Shown here: positions 13,032-28,011 of the stretch, in pieces
Layout: each line of letters begins with the position of its first letter
Numbering within the stretch: position 1 is the first letter of the stretch
Notes under the pieces: model-generated
What the model was told of the DNA's origin: nothing
The model's database searches: none
Seen by the model: the letters and a program-made list of their open reading frames with translations, nothing else
DNA from: Octopus sinensis
Taxonomy: Eukaryota
Assembly: GCF_006345805.1 (NCBI RefSeq)
Contig: NC_043012.1
Span: forward strand, 31,062,001-31,126,000
Length of the DNA stretch: 64,000 nucleotides
Direction: 5' to 3'
Program-made: the position numbers and the translations under genes

Positions 13032-13232
13032 GGTTCTGCTGAAAAGTTTCTGGCTTTGAGAAATAGAAAATACAGGAGGTTCAGTTAATTGTGATTTTAT
13101 CCAACAAATTCTCCTCTCAGATTCGCAGACTTATTGCAGCAGTTCTTCAGTTTTCCTAAGCCCTGTAAAAGAATTTGGAAAGTTGGGCCTCCAACCAGGC
13201 CTTTCACCCCCAACCAGACTTTTCAGCACCCC
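13032..13232 (-). mobile_element. Mariner-derived MITE retaining the transposase C-terminus
   Basis: Imperfect TIRs (TGCTGAAAAGT); minus strand reads FLQGLGKLKNCCNKSANLRGEFVG*, similar to mariner ends. Confidence 0.65.
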
Positions 13233-13409
13233 CTGGTATACTCAGCTCAAGATAGTTCAGCAACATATCAGCCCCCTTTCAGTCAGACATACGGCGAAAG
13301 ACTTTCCAGCTTTCATCCTACGGCACATGGTACAACGTGCCTTTTTCTTTAGTTAGGCGACAGGTTGAGATCTGAGGGAATTGGTTGCTTCGTCTTTGAT
13401 CGTTCATTT

Positions 13410-13800
13410 GTTTCACTCATTGTACTGTAGCCATGTTGCAATACTGCCTCGAGGGGTTCTACTCGAACGAATGGACCTCAGAACTTATTTTTTAAAGCCT
13501 AGCATTTATTCTGTTGGCCTATTATGTCGAATCGTTTAGTCACGAGGTTTTAAACAAACCAACACTATTGTCAACCGGTGAAGAGAAACACAAGCAAGTA
13601 AACACACGCACGCACGCACGCACACATACTCACACGACGGGCTTCTTTTAGTTTCCATCTTCCGAATCTATTCACAAGGCTTTTGGACAGCCCGGGACTA
13701 TAGTAGGAGAGACTTGCCCAAGGTGCCATGCAGCGGGACTGAACCTGTAACCATGTGGTTTGGAAGGAAACTTCTTCCCACTCAACCATACCTGCGCCTT
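13410..13800 (-). mobile_element. SINE family C
   Basis: Full-length diverged copy. Confidence 0.85.
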
Positions 13801-14609
13801 TACAACGGCGAACCATCTATTCAATGGATCCTTTTATTTTATATCTAAACGGAGTGGGCGGCCTGAGAGTTAAGTGCTCTAATAATGTACACATATCATT
13901 TGAGGATTGAATCCATATCGATCCATCAGGAGAGAACAAGACACACAACTCAATCAATTGCGACCTTCCATTGGATTAGACAATTTCCTTTAAAAAAAGC
14001 AAACAAACAAACAAACAAAACAAAATAAAAAAATCTGGTCCTTGCATAAAAGAGAAAAAAATATATACAAAAAGAAATCAATATGATACGCCAATCACTG
14101 CTCGCGTTATTGATTCTGTTGGGATTAAAGCTTTACGTTGACATCGATATTTGGAATTACTAAGTAAATATTAACCTAACAAAACAGACAAATCTCACAC
14201 AAGATATTACTGTTTCAATATGTAAGGATATATTCTATCTTCTTTGAAAATTACATTAAAATGAACTTATGTGTTTAAGAGTGAAAAGCAAAGAAGGAAA
14301 ATATTTTGCTTTTGTGTTAATACTGAAAGGAAATAGTATATAAAAATATTTGCTAATATAAAAAATATTTGTTAATACTAAAGAATTTTCATCAATATCT
14401 AGCTGTTCCTGAAAAAAACCCGGATGTAAACCAGGAGATGAGGAGCACTGATTTGTCCGCTTTCCCTGACCCATCAACAGGGGGGTGTTACAGTTCAGGG
14501 TGAAACACCCGATGGTCATTGGATGATTGTCTGATGACATCATTTATTCCTGGCCAAAGTTACATTTACTTTCGTGAATGGAAAAAGACACCTTCTTCTA
14601 GATGTTAGC

Positions 14610-14654
<45 letters not shown>

Positions 14655-15310
14655 ACACACACACACACACACACAATCACACACACACACACACGTACAT
14701 ATATGTGTGTGTATACGCAAATATCGAACAATGAAAACGAATGCTTAACACTGCATTGGTGGATATAATTTCTTTATTTGTGAATTAAAGCTAACATTGG
14801 TTTCATGTTAAGAAAAGTAGGAAAATATCCTAGTGTCCTAAAAATTTTTCAAGCCGATCACATGGAGAAAGGTGTTCGCCTACGTTTTAGAAAACACAGT
14901 CTCGTTTATTTCGCGGAGGTTCTCGTAAATTATTGTGAATAAAACAATGAATCAAGGAACTTGGGTGGCGTCTTTTGAATGTTTGTCTCCCTTGGATTTG
15001 TCTTTAGGACAAACTGTTGTGTGGTCAATTTGTTTGGATTCGTTTTTGTTCTGGTTGTGGTGTTCTGATATTTGTGTGCTGAAGTAGTTTGTCATTGGGG
15101 CCTATTTCTTCTGTATGTGGAGTTTGTGTGCTATATATATATACTTGGACAAAGTGTGAAATATAATTTATGTTGCTGATTACTGACTTAGTTGACCGAA
15201 AGTTTCATCTTCAAATTCATCTAAATGATTTATCTTTCATATTTTACGCTTCACTTGTTTTGGTCATTGGACTGCGGTCATGCTGGGGTTCCGCATTGAA
15301 AGGTTTAGTC

Positions 15311-16945
15311 CAGGGGTACTCAATACGTCGATTGCGATCTACCGGTCGATCGCAAAGGCAGTGTGGGTAGATCGCATGGCATTAAAAAAACATAGACGTC
15401 AGCCTGTCATCCATCACTACGAAATTTGTCACTTGATTGACATACAGGGCAGCCAGTCTGACATCTGACCTTTTCTGACAAATGTATCACCACGCATGCG
15501 CACAGAACGGCGTTAAGTGCTGCAAAACTCCCGCAAGCTACCAAGTTGCCTAGTTAGCCGCCAATTTATTTCTTCTAAACTTAAGAAAGGGTATAAAAAT
15601 GAGTTGGGGAGCTGGACTAAGTAAGAAACCAAAAATCTACCACTTCCATACGGAATAGGAGAAGGATTTTTTTCACAATGTCATATTCGGAGTGTGTTTG
15701 CCTCATCTGACAGTCTACTATCGCTATTCCGAAGAAGGGAAATGTGGAGCGGCATTTTCGGACTGGAACTAAAATCCCAGTTGTCCGGACAGCAGTCATT
15801 TTTCACACACCTAACTTCAAAAGCAAAGGCAGCCACCGAAGCATCGTTCCGACGAGACACTTCATCGTTAAGAACAAGAAATCCTTCCAAGATGCGGAGA
15901 TGGTAAAAGAGGCATTCGTTGAAGTAGTTGACTCGTTGTTCCGAGACTTTAAAAACAAACCAGAAATACTATCTTCAATTAAAGATCTCCAGCTACCAAG
16001 AAATACGGTTATACGGCGCAGTGAAGCCATGGCCGAGGATTTGACCCAGTAACTTTGGAAAGACATCGTGGACTGCGAGTGTTTCTCACTGTAGTTGGAC
16101 GAGTCTACAGGTGTGAGTGACACGGTCCAGTTGTGCATTTTTATTCGGATGATGTTTACCAATATGACTGCAAAAGAGGAGCTGTAACAGTAATGCCCCT
16201 GAAAGAACACGCACAAGGAGAGGACATATTTCAGTCTTCCAAAAACTTTATCGAGAAAACCCAGCTCCCAGTGTGAAAATTGGTGTCCATCACCACGCCT
16301 GCGATGGTTAGCCGGTCAAATGGATTTATTGCCAAGTGCAGAGAGGACGATGCTTTCCTGGACTTCCTCAATCACCACTGCATAATACACCAACAAGCGT
16401 TATGCGCAAAAATGCTCATCAGGAAAGAGATAATGGATACGGCAACGAAGATCGCCTGTTCTATTCGTGCCAGATCACTTCAAAGATTGCTATTCCGTGC
16501 GCATCTGGAGTAGGCTGACTGCCACCACTTTGAGTTGTTGCTACACACAAAGATTCGAGAGCTCTGTCCGGAGATTAAGGAGGTTTTCTGTGAAGCTAAA
16601 CGTGCAGAATACAACCAATTAAATGACGATCAGTGACTGCTAGACTTGGCACTTCTAACTGATCTGGCCAACATGCTGAATGATCTTAATGTAGAGCTGC
16701 AAGGAAAAGACAAATCCGTGATCAATATGATCAGTTCAGTTAATGCTTTCAAATGGAAAATGCAACATCTCTCATCAAAGCTGCAGTGCCATGATTTGGC
16801 AAACCTAGAGAACCTCACGTCATACCCAAGGGAAGTCCAGGACCCATGGACAGTTCTGGAACTTACTCGCAGAGGAAAAGTACCCCAACATGAGGAAGTG
16901 TGCTACTTCCTTGACTGCATTGTGCTGCTCCACTTATTTGGAAAT
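15311..16945 (+). mobile_element. hAT DNA transposon relic, 5' end intact, inserted in a SINE C fragment; 3' end lost
   Basis: 5' terminus CAGGGGTACTCAATACGTCGAT at 15311 interrupts SINE C sequence 15258-15310; transposase relic downstream. Confidence 0.85.
15599..16945 (+). pseudogene. hAT transposase pseudogene, GTF2IRD2/SPIN/Buster-like
   Basis: Frameshifted pieces: CVCLI..KKGNVERHF (BED-like), LPRNTVIRR, LDESTGVSDTVQLCIFIR, HCIIHQQALCAK, LLDLALLTDL..LNDLNVELQGK, FWNLLAEEKYPNMRKCA..STYL (dimerisation domain); several stops and deletions. Confidence 0.92.
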
Positions 16946-16974
16946 TGACGATTTAAAAGTCTGTTATCAGCATA

Positions 16975-17475
16975 TTGGCATAGAAATAATTTTCTTTTGC
17001 CCTTCTTTATAATTTTAACCTTTAAAGGTATTTTAATATACTGCCACTTTTTTGATGAAATTTTTTTCTGTAAAAAAATTTCATCCTATATTAGTAGTAT
17101 ATATATATAAATTTTATGTATCTTCCATGAAAAGTTGATGTATATGCACTTTTAAAGGGGCTCTCTCCAGTGTTATAATCCCCATTAGGGGGGTTAAATA
17201 ATATTGTAAGATGGTGAAGTTTGAGAAATCGTCTTTATTTAGTACCTAGTAGTTATGTTACTATTTTCATTGAAATCGGATGTATCTGAAATTTCACAGG
17301 GGGTGTCTGCCCCACTTTAATCCCCCTAATCGCAATGGAAAGTAAATTTTATGTAGCTCATCGTCTTTCTCATAAAATTCTACATGAGAAAACATACTTT
17401 GTTTTTATGTATCTTCTGTTCCCTTTCGCCCTATAGATGTACAGACACACAGACGTTGAGCTTTATTATATAAAT
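16975..17475 (-). mobile_element. Helitron-like non-autonomous fragment (5' end only)
   Basis: Ends ACAGACACACAGACGTTGAGCTTTATTATATA, the same terminal architecture as 11784. Confidence 0.4.
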
Positions 17476-17982
17476 TTGTAGATTACATTAAATCTATCGT
17501 GTATCTAATGACGAACGCATCTAATGTAATTTAATATAATCTCGTACAAACTGTTGTTGCTTCTTTCTGTTGGCCAAATGTCATGCTTGTGAGTAATCAA
17601 ACTATGTTTCTCTATTACTTCAACGTCTTTTTCCCACGTCTTCCTATTTGTGTTGCAAATGTTGTGGAGGTGTTTGTCATTCATATTATTTCGTCTCCTC
17701 TATATGGGATTGTGTGCTATATCTATCGTTTGTAATGTTCTCTGGTGTTGGTCGCTAAGGAAGGAGACGCTGGTTTTTTTTACCATTTAAAAAAAAATTA
17801 ATATTGTATGTCTATATGTGAACTGCGTCGTTGATTTCAAGTTTCGAACTCGAATAGGCCAACCCTGGATTCATTGTGTTTCTGACATCACCAGTGACCA
17901 GAGAATATCTCTAATTCGGTGTCGCTCAAAAGGACTTTCTTTTTATAGGACATCATTTTCAACACACACGTGCTCGCGCATG

Positions 17983-18051
<69 letters not shown>

Positions 18052-18084
18052 TATATATATATATATATATATATACAGTTAATA

Positions 18085-18290
18085 CAAACATGAAAACACA
18101 AAGAGAAAACACAACAACGCGAGGACGTGGAACAAGTATAGTGGTATTGGATGCTTAGAGAAGAAGGAGGGTTTAACGTTTCGAGCGGAACTCTTCGTCA
18201 GAAACATAAGAAAAGGAAAGATCCAAAGAAGGGAAGACGGAGGAAAAAAATCCCCAACGGTACACGCGCGGTCACATTTTATATATATAT
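18085..18290 (-). mobile_element. Penelope-like terminal repeat fragment with minimal hammerhead motif
   Basis: Minus strand gttt-CTGACGA-a-GAG-ttccg-CTC-GAAA-CG-TT-aaac at ~18169-18206. Confidence 0.6.
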
Positions 18291-18303
18291 ATATATGAAT
18301 ATC

Positions 18304-18358
<55 letters not shown>

Positions 18359-18659
18359 ATATATATTATATATATATAATATATATCTATATATATATAT
18401 ATATATATATGCATACACACACAACGCACGCACACACACACAGAGTCACACTCACACACACACCGCTAGTTAAATGGAAAAACTGCCTTGTTAAAATGCA
18501 CACACATCTAATTATACATTCAGAACTTCCTAAGCAAAAAATACACACAAATATTCAGACACACACCCACACGCTCGCACGCATACAGACTCTCTGTCAC
18601 ACACACAAGCACTCACATATGTACTGCACAGACATTCTTACCAACACATACATACGCAC

Positions 18660-18745
18660 ATAAACCAACACACGCAACACAAACTTTTAGTAACATAACT
18701 GTCACAGATGTATAAACACACGTGTGCTAGTGCACCCACACACAC

Positions 18746-18783
<38 letters not shown>

Positions 18784-19265
18784 TCGCAATGGCGCACAGG
18801 TTTATAAACACACTGATATTCCGTCAAATACATACACACACATTCAGAGGCGTATATTTCATTCACTAATATCACAACCACACACACAAACAATACACAT
18901 ACACACATACCCCACCCACACGCACAAACACACAGACAAGCAAATATGTGCACACGCACACACGTACATTCGCGCACGCACGCACTCACGCACACACACA
19001 TTACACATACACACACACGTACATACGCGCACGCACGCACGCACACACGCACGCACGCATGCACACACGCACGCATGCACACACGCACACACACACATAC
19101 ACACACACACACGTACATACGCACACGCACGCACACACACATACACACATACACACATACACACATACACACACAGACAAACAAATATGTGCACACGCAC
19201 ACACACACACGCACACACACACGCACACACACACACGCGCACACACACACACACATACACAATTA
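18660..19265. repeat. Compound (CA)n/(CACG)n microsatellite
   Basis: Read directly. Confidence 0.95.
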
Positions 19266-20426
19266 GCACTTAAACGTTGGTTGTTTCTGTTATAAAGTTG
19301 ATATTGGACATATCTGGCAGCCATAAATGGAACTTCGATTCTCTCTCTCTCTCACACTTTCTCTGTTTCTCCTCCCCCTCTCTCTCTCACTCTCTCTATT
19401 TCTCTCCCTCTCTCCCCTCTTCTCTCTCTAAGTAGGTCTGAAAACCATGTATAATAGAATTAAATGTCTAGCTCGAGGACATCTCTGTTATGGTCTCAAC
19501 AGTAAATGTCTCGCAATGAAATATTTTAACATTTGAAAGGACTAAATCTGTCTCTACGTTCAAAGAAGTGCTACAGGAATCTCGTAATTGCTCCACAGTA
19601 AGATATGATACAGCATGACCGGACACTTTATATATATTCTACGAAACAAGAGTCGAGCGAACACACAGAGTGAAATACCAGTTCATGAGTCCTTTCATCA
19701 CGTGGCATCCTAACTGTTCTGTTGAAGACAATAATACAATTAATTCGTCTGGCACTTGGATAAGCTTTTCTTTCTTTCTTTTTTTTTAATGTATATTTTG
19801 ATTTTCTGCGATGTTTATTTCAGGTGTTTTTAACCAGCAACTTCGAAGCCGCTGCCACTAGCAAAACCATCTGTAACAGTACAGGAAGCAGCAGGCCTCA
19901 TCCTCCTCCTCACCACCACCACCGCCTTCGCCGCCTCCGCTGCCGCCGTTATTTCTTCTTCCACACCCTCCTCTTTTTCTTCCTACGCGGTCTTCTTCTT
20001 TACAACCAGCAGAAGCAGCAGAAGCATCTTCTCCTCTCTTCCCTCCCGCCCCTTTTCTTCTTCTTCTTCTTCTTCTTCTTCTTCTTCTTCTTCTTCTTCT
20101 CTTCTTTTCTTCTTCTTCGTCTTCTTTTTTCTCTCTTTTCTTCTTCTTCTCTTTCTTTTCTTCTCTTCTCTTCTTCTTCTCTTCCTCTCTTCTTTTCTTC
20201 TTCTCCTCTTCGTCCTCCTCCTCCTCGTCCCCCTCCTCCTCGTACTCCTCGTCCTCCTCGTCCTCCTCGTCCTCCTCCTCGTCCTCCTCCTCGTCCTTCT
20301 TCTTCTTCTTCTTCTAAACCTGCACCAACAAATTCAACTGTTTATGTGTATGTACATACACACACACGCACGCACACACAACTATACACCTGTCTTCGTC
20401 TTTTGTTTTTTTTTGTGAATTCTCCC

Positions 20427-20460
<34 letters not shown>

Positions 20461-20566
20461 ACACATATATATAAATTCATATAAACAAGGATAAGATCGA
20501 TATTTAAATACCGATCTTATCAGGTGGCCAGCATGGGAATAAAAACCTTCAAAGGTAATAATTATT

Positions 20567-20960
20567 TAAAATTATAATTTAGGGTATCTAAGAGATACCA
20601 CCACGCTGGAAATAGCAGTCAAAACTTGACTCTAAAGCCACATTAAATGTTCATACAGCACCAGGAGAGATGACAAAGAGACAAAATATACTAACAAAAA
20701 AAAAATGACTGGATAATACAAATATATATATATATTTATGTGCCTTCTGAGTATATTCCACTGATGAAGGCAGAGCATTTCTTATGCAGAGTCAGAAATC
20801 CGGGATCTGGAATTATCCAGTAATTTTTTTGCTAGTTTATTTTATCCTTTTCTCTTCTCTCCTGGTGCTGTATGAAAATTTAATGTGGTTTTAGAGTCAA
20901 AGTTTTGACTGCTATTTCCAGCGTGGTGGTATCTCTTAGATATCCTAAATTATAATTTTA
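20567..20960. repeat. ~150-bp inverted repeat (arms 20567-20717 and 20812-20960)
   Basis: Arms are reverse complements with scattered mismatches, e.g. AGAGATACCACCACGCTGGAAATAGCAGTCAAAAC. Confidence 0.92.
20756..20812 (+). ncRNA. Type I hammerhead ribozyme-like motif
   Basis: Stem I TTCCA/TGGAA, CTGATGA, stem II GGC..GTC with inner GCAT-TTCTT-ATGC, GAAA, stem III TCC/GGA, AUC triplet; extra A on each side at the base of stem II. Confidence 0.6.
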
Positions 20961-21027
20961 TATATAATACATACATACATACATACATATTATATATATA
21001 TATATAAATACATATACATATATATAT

Positions 21028-21100
<73 letters not shown>

Positions 21101-21105
21101 ATATC

Positions 21106-21184
<79 letters not shown>

Positions 21185-21204
21185 TATATATGCATCCCTA
21201 TAAT

Positions 21205-22300
21205 CGAAGAAACCTCCATTAACTTTATATCAATCTCAGTCTCAATGACTACCGCTTTCACACTGTCTCTACCATCACCTTCTATAAACCCACTGACCGC
21301 CATTTCCAAATTGACATTCTGCCGCCCATCTCACCCATATCAAAGTTAGGAGTTACTCATAGCTCTTCCGTCTCCGCTGACTATGCAACCGCGACAACAA
21401 CTCTGAGGCGCACTCACAAAACATAGTCCATCTCGATGTGGATAGCCTACGCCTTTTCCAGCTACCCTCACCTGTGCCTGTCCGCTATATCAGTCTCACC
21501 TTTTACATCCCGCTCCGCATTCATCCCGTTCTCAACTTCATTTATTTTCCTCTCTTCTTTCACCTCTTCACCCTAACCCTCCGTTGTAAGATTCTACACC
21601 TCTTTCTATCATCTTTCCCTCTCTTCTTTAATCATTTCTCTCTTCATTCAAGCCTACAGTACCTTACTCGACTTATTAATCTCTAGCTCCTTTCGCTCCA
21701 TCCACCCCCCTGTCTTTTGTTGATCCACCCCATGTTCCTCGCCTCGTTCCTCAACGACATTACCTCCCTCTTGGGGACCCTATTCTTGATTCCTTCAATT
21801 ACACTTTAAACGGAGCCCACCTCCTCCTCCTCCTCCTCCTCCTCCCTCCTCCACCACCACCACTCCACCTCCTCCTCTCCCCCTTCTCCTCCTCTCCCCC
21901 TTCTCCTCCTCCCCTTCTCCTCCTCCCTAAACGTCTGTTTCTCATGCTGGCATAAGTTGGACTTATCTATTGTCTTAAATACTTCTTAAAATACTTAAAA
22001 TACTTCTGCAATACCTTGTATATCGGTTAAATCCTTACGCCAATTAGCTGACCAATGCAAAGAACATGTATGCAGTATCTTTCTTGGAAAACAGAACACT
22101 GTTCTTTTACCATTTCCGCAACACGAGCCACTCAACACATCTCACCACCTTTAACTTAACGTTACACACAGGACCCTTGAGCTCCAGGAGTCGCCGAAAG
22201 TAGCTTTTTAATTTTTCCTTCCAAATCCACGTCCCTCTCAACCTCAATTACCCACCCACTCTCCTCTAACATCTCCACCTCCCCGATATACATATATACC
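21205..22300 (+). pseudogene. Penelope-like retroelement relic: RT and GIY-YIG endonuclease fragments, rearranged
   Basis: FYKPTDRH and YS*LFRLR*LC (~21260-21400); DSFNYTLNGAH (~21790); CNTLYIG..RQLAD..KEH..HFRNTSHS (~22010-22140). Confidence 0.75.
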
Positions 22301-23420
22301 GATTTCCGTACGTCTCACACTCCTAGCAAAAATCCTGTTCACACACATCAACCCCAACACCATACCCCTGATCACACACACACACATACAATAAACTTAC
22401 ACACGCTTTCACATATCCACCTCATAGCATTGCGTCACTAATACACACATGCTTATGTGTTCATGCGCACCCAGACGTACACGTACACAATCAATCAATG
22501 ACTTCACACAAATTAAGAATGTCTGAATATACACAAACACACACATACATACACAATACACGTATGCACACTCATATATACACACAGACATACAACACAT
22601 ATACAACATACACATTCACACAGATCAATGCATGTGATATACACAAACACATACGCAACCATACGTACACTCATTAATACAGGCATACATTTTCCATCGC
22701 ATTCATTCTCCTGTCTCATAACACCTCAATTACTCCCGGTCAGTCAATGGTCAGTATGTAGACCGAATCTATGTGGTCTTTCACATGGATTGCGCTTGTT
22801 ATCGTTTCTTGATTCATTTTTTTTATCCCAGTCATTTCCTCGTCTTTCCTTCTCTCTTTCTACTTCTTATCTTATTCCAGAAGAACAACGCCTGAACCAT
22901 CACAACCCTTTGCATTTCTCTGAGCATGAAGCCAAAACTTTTGAGCTTGAATTTATCTCGTCGTATTTTTAGTTGATTGTTCTTTGTTCTCTTTCTCTCT
23001 GTGTCTCTGTCTCTGTCTCTCTCTCCCCCCCCCCACAACACACACATATCCCAACCACATGGTTCCGGCTTCGGTCCCAATGCGTGGCACTTGCCCAAGG
23101 TACCACGAGTGTGATTGAACCTGAAACAATGTGGTTGGGAAGCAAGCTTCTAACCCCACACAGCTACGCACGCACCCACACATATGTATATGTATATATA
23201 TATATATATATATACACAAACACTCATGTGTATATATATATGTATATGCATATATGTTATTAGTATATATATATGTGTATACATATTGTGTATATATATA
23301 TAATGATATATATATATAAATATATATAATATGAATATATATATATATGATATATATATATAATATATGATATATATATATATATATATATAATATATGA
23401 ATATATATATTATATGAATA

Positions 23421-23455
<35 letters not shown>

Positions 23456-23475
23456 AATATATATATATATATATA

Positions 23476-23512
<37 letters not shown>

Positions 23513-23524
23513 GATATATATATA

Positions 23525-23555
<31 letters not shown>

Positions 23556-23864
23556 CATATATATATGTAATGTTCTGTTCTGTGATGGATGGTCATAAAA
23601 AAGTACCCCATCTGGTGAGAGATGAATATTCTTTAATAAACATGATATATATTTTTATGACCTACAAATAGTTTCGTACAATAAAAACTTCTCAGACAGC
23701 ATTTTAAAACATGTCTGGTGCCTTCATGCAATCTCCAGTCTGTGGCCACATGGCAAAGCTAGCCTAAAAGGCACCAGACGTGTTGAAACGCTGCTGTCTG
23801 GGAAGTTTTCATCGCATGAAGCTGTCAATATATATATATATATATAATACACACATACATACAA

Positions 23865-23909
<45 letters not shown>

Positions 23910-23944
23910 TATATATATAGATTTATATATACACACATACATAC

Positions 23945-24630
<686 letters not shown>

Positions 24631-24729
24631 AAAAAGAGTATACGTACGCACACTCACATATTGCATGTACATATATGATATATATATACATACACACATA
24701 CAAAATAATATAAATATAATATATATATA

Positions 24730-24783
<54 letters not shown>

Positions 24784-24788
<5 letters not shown>

Positions 24789-24912
24789 TATATAGAAGGA
24801 GCTTCTACAGGACTAGAACTGTTTCATTCAAGAGAATCTTCAGGAAGCTTCCTGAAGATTTTCTTGATGAAGAAACAGTTCTAGTCCTGTAGAGCTCCTT
24901 CTATATAATAAA
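24784..24912. repeat. Near-perfect ~129-bp palindrome centred on AAGCTT
   Basis: TTTATTATATAGAAGGAGCTTCTACAGGACTAGAACTGTTTC... mirrored as ...GAAACAGTTCTAGTCCTGTAGAGCTCCTTCTATATAATAAA. Confidence 0.92.
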
Positions 24913-25950
24913 TTAATTTTACTCTGTATGTATTGAGTACCTTATTTACTGTGGTTAACCCCGAATCAACCCGGGACCTATATATATATATATTATATCT
25001 ATATATATATATATATATATATATAGATATATATATATATATATAATATTTGTGTGTGTGTGGACATATGTACGCACACACGCATATATGCATGTATATA
25101 TATATATATACGTATGTGCATATTATGGTCATAAGAGTGTGTATTCTTGTACTTACACATGCGCACAGTTATATGTATATGCATTCAAATGCACATATTC
25201 ACACACATATATTTAAACTTAGATTATAACATTTAATCCCGACTGCAAGAGAAAAACATTGTATCAGGTCAACTCTAGTTTCTTCCAGTAAATATTTACA
25301 CGGACGTATTATATTTCGTTTTATGGAAACTCTATTTCAGTGTTTCATTCTGTTGCACTCGTCCATCACATTTTAGTAAGCATGCCCGTATTTCAGATTG
25401 TTCAGCATGTGTAAATAACAGAAAAAAGGGACTGCTAAATGTCAAGTGACTTGCTCACAACACGGATGGAAACGGTTTGCTTGTTTATATGATTTAGCCA
25501 TGACCAGTTTGTGAAGTCGAAGAATAACAACCTGTTGCCATAGAATTGTCTTAATCACAGTTTGTTGTCATATTTTTCTTTTCTGGATTGGATATTCTAA
25601 GCAATTAAATCGTTCGGAAACAACGTTGCTGTTGCTGTTGTTGTTGTTTTTGTTGTTGCTGTTACAAATGAGGTTTTCCTTTTAAACAGAAATTATATAT
25701 GATGTTAAAATTATATCTCCATTCCTCGCTCTTTCATTCACTCTCTCATCCTTTCTCATTCTTACTGTCTGTCCGTCCGTCTGCCTGCCTGCCTGTCAGC
25801 CTCTTTCTGTCTCTCCCTCTCTTTCGCTTTCATCGCCCTCTCTTCCCCCTCTCACTGTCCTGCCATTACATATTAAACTAATTAGTCTTTAAATGGCCAT
25901 ATTCTGTACATACACATACACACATATCGATAGATAAACACGCGCGCGCA

Positions 25951-25992
<42 letters not shown>

Positions 25993-26124
25993 GAGAAAGA
26001 CACAATCCAACATATATACACGTAGATATTTGCTAATATAAATCTCTCACCCTGGCTCTCTCTCTCTCTATATATATATACATACACATATATATGTATA
26101 TACACACACACATATATATATACA

Positions 26125-26157
<33 letters not shown>

Positions 26158-26299
26158 TATATAGATATATATATATATATGTATGTTTATATATATATAT
26201 GTATGTTTATATATATATATCTATGTATATACATATATATATGTATATATATATATATGTATATACATATATATGTATGTATATACATATATATGTATG

Positions 26300-26349
<50 letters not shown>

Positions 26350-27019
26350 ATGTATATATCTATACACGTATATATAAGTACACTATTCGACTAAAATTTC
26401 GACTAAATTCGACTAATATTTCAAGGTGGTGCTCTAGCATGGCCGCAGTCTAATGACTAAAACAAGTAAAAAGATAAAAGATAAAAGACATACATGCATA
26501 TATATATATACATACATACATTTTATGTATACACACGCATACATATACACACACACTCACACACACATACACGCGCACGCATATATAATTATGTATTTAT
26601 ATATGTGTATATGTGTGTGTGTCTCTGTCCCCTTGTGCACATCTGTGCGTTAAAATTATTAAAAGTCGGTTCTCAAATGGCAGATTCGCTTTTTCCTTTG
26701 TCATCTTTCAAAAGACACAAAGAAAAACACACACACAAAAAAAGCAAAAAACAAAACACAAACAAGCAAAAACAAAAGAAAACTAACAAAAAGCACAACC
26801 TTGTTGAGTCGAAAGTAAAATACGTCTTAAGGCAAAAATTATTAGTTTTTAATCACACAAAAAGAATAAACTAAAGGAAAACATCTGTTCACAGTTTTAA
26901 TTATTTAATACTTTCATCAATTTTTCGCTGTTTGCTTTGAAAGCTTAGCCAGCCATTTTGTGCGAATCTGTCATTTCTCATTTTAGTTGGTTTTGAAAAA
27001 TTCTTTTCTATATTCCGTC

Positions 27020-27050
<31 letters not shown>

Positions 27051-27214
27051 CCTCTCTCTCTCCTATCTCTTTCTATACATGCATACATACATACATACAT
27101 ACATACATACATACATACATACATACATACATACATACATAATACATGCATACATATTATATAGATATATTTATCTCATAGATGTATATTATATAGATAT
27201 ATGCTTATTATATA

Positions 27215-27541
27215 CTACTCTTTTACTTGTTTCAGTCATTTGACTACGGCCATGCTGGAGCACTACCTTTAGACGAACAAATCGACTCCAAGACTTATTC
27301 TTTGTAAGCCTCGTACTTATTCTATCGGTCGCTTTTGTTGAACCGCTAAATTTCGGGACATAAACTCACCAGCATCGGTTGACAAGCGATGGTGGAGGGA
27401 CAAACACAGACAGAAAGACACACTAACATAACTATACATACATACATACATACAACATCATACATACATACATACAGACAGACAGACAGACATGCATGCA
27501 TGCATGCATACATACATACATCCATGGATATACACACACAC

Positions 27542-27572
<31 letters not shown>

Positions 27573-27746
27573 ATATATATATAACACACGACGGTTCTTC
27601 TTTCAGTTTTCTTCGGCAAATCCACTCACAAGGCGTTGGTCGGCGGAGGCTACAGTAGAAGACACTAACCCAAGGTGCCACGCAGTGGGACTGAAATCTG
27701 AACTATGTGGTTGGGAAGCAGCTTTAACCGCACAGCTACGCCTGTG

Positions 27747-27750
<4 letters not shown>
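27215..27750 (-). mobile_element. SINE family C with internal TACA/TA microsatellite
   Basis: Full-length copy. Confidence 0.88.
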
Positions 27751-27795
<45 letters not shown>

Positions 27796-27883
27796 GAATA
27801 AGGGTAGAAATTGATATTAATCAATTAAAACCTGTGGCCTTGCATATTAAAAAAATCCGAAGATTAAAATATTTTTTACATAC

Positions 27884-28011
27884 AAAATTTAAAGGACTGA
27901 CCACTAAAAGTGGACAGTCAATATGTTAGATATAGACGTCAAAGTCGCGATTTTGACGTCTATAGCTAGCATATTGACTGTCCACTTTTAGCGGTCAGTC
28001 CTTTAAATTTT
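27884..28011. repeat. Near-perfect ~128-bp palindrome centred on TCGCGA
   Basis: AAAATTTAAAGGACTGACCACTAAAAGTGGACAGTCAATATG...CATATTGACTGTCCACTTTTAGCGGTCAGTCCTTTAAATTTT, about 4 mismatched pairs. Confidence 0.93.
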
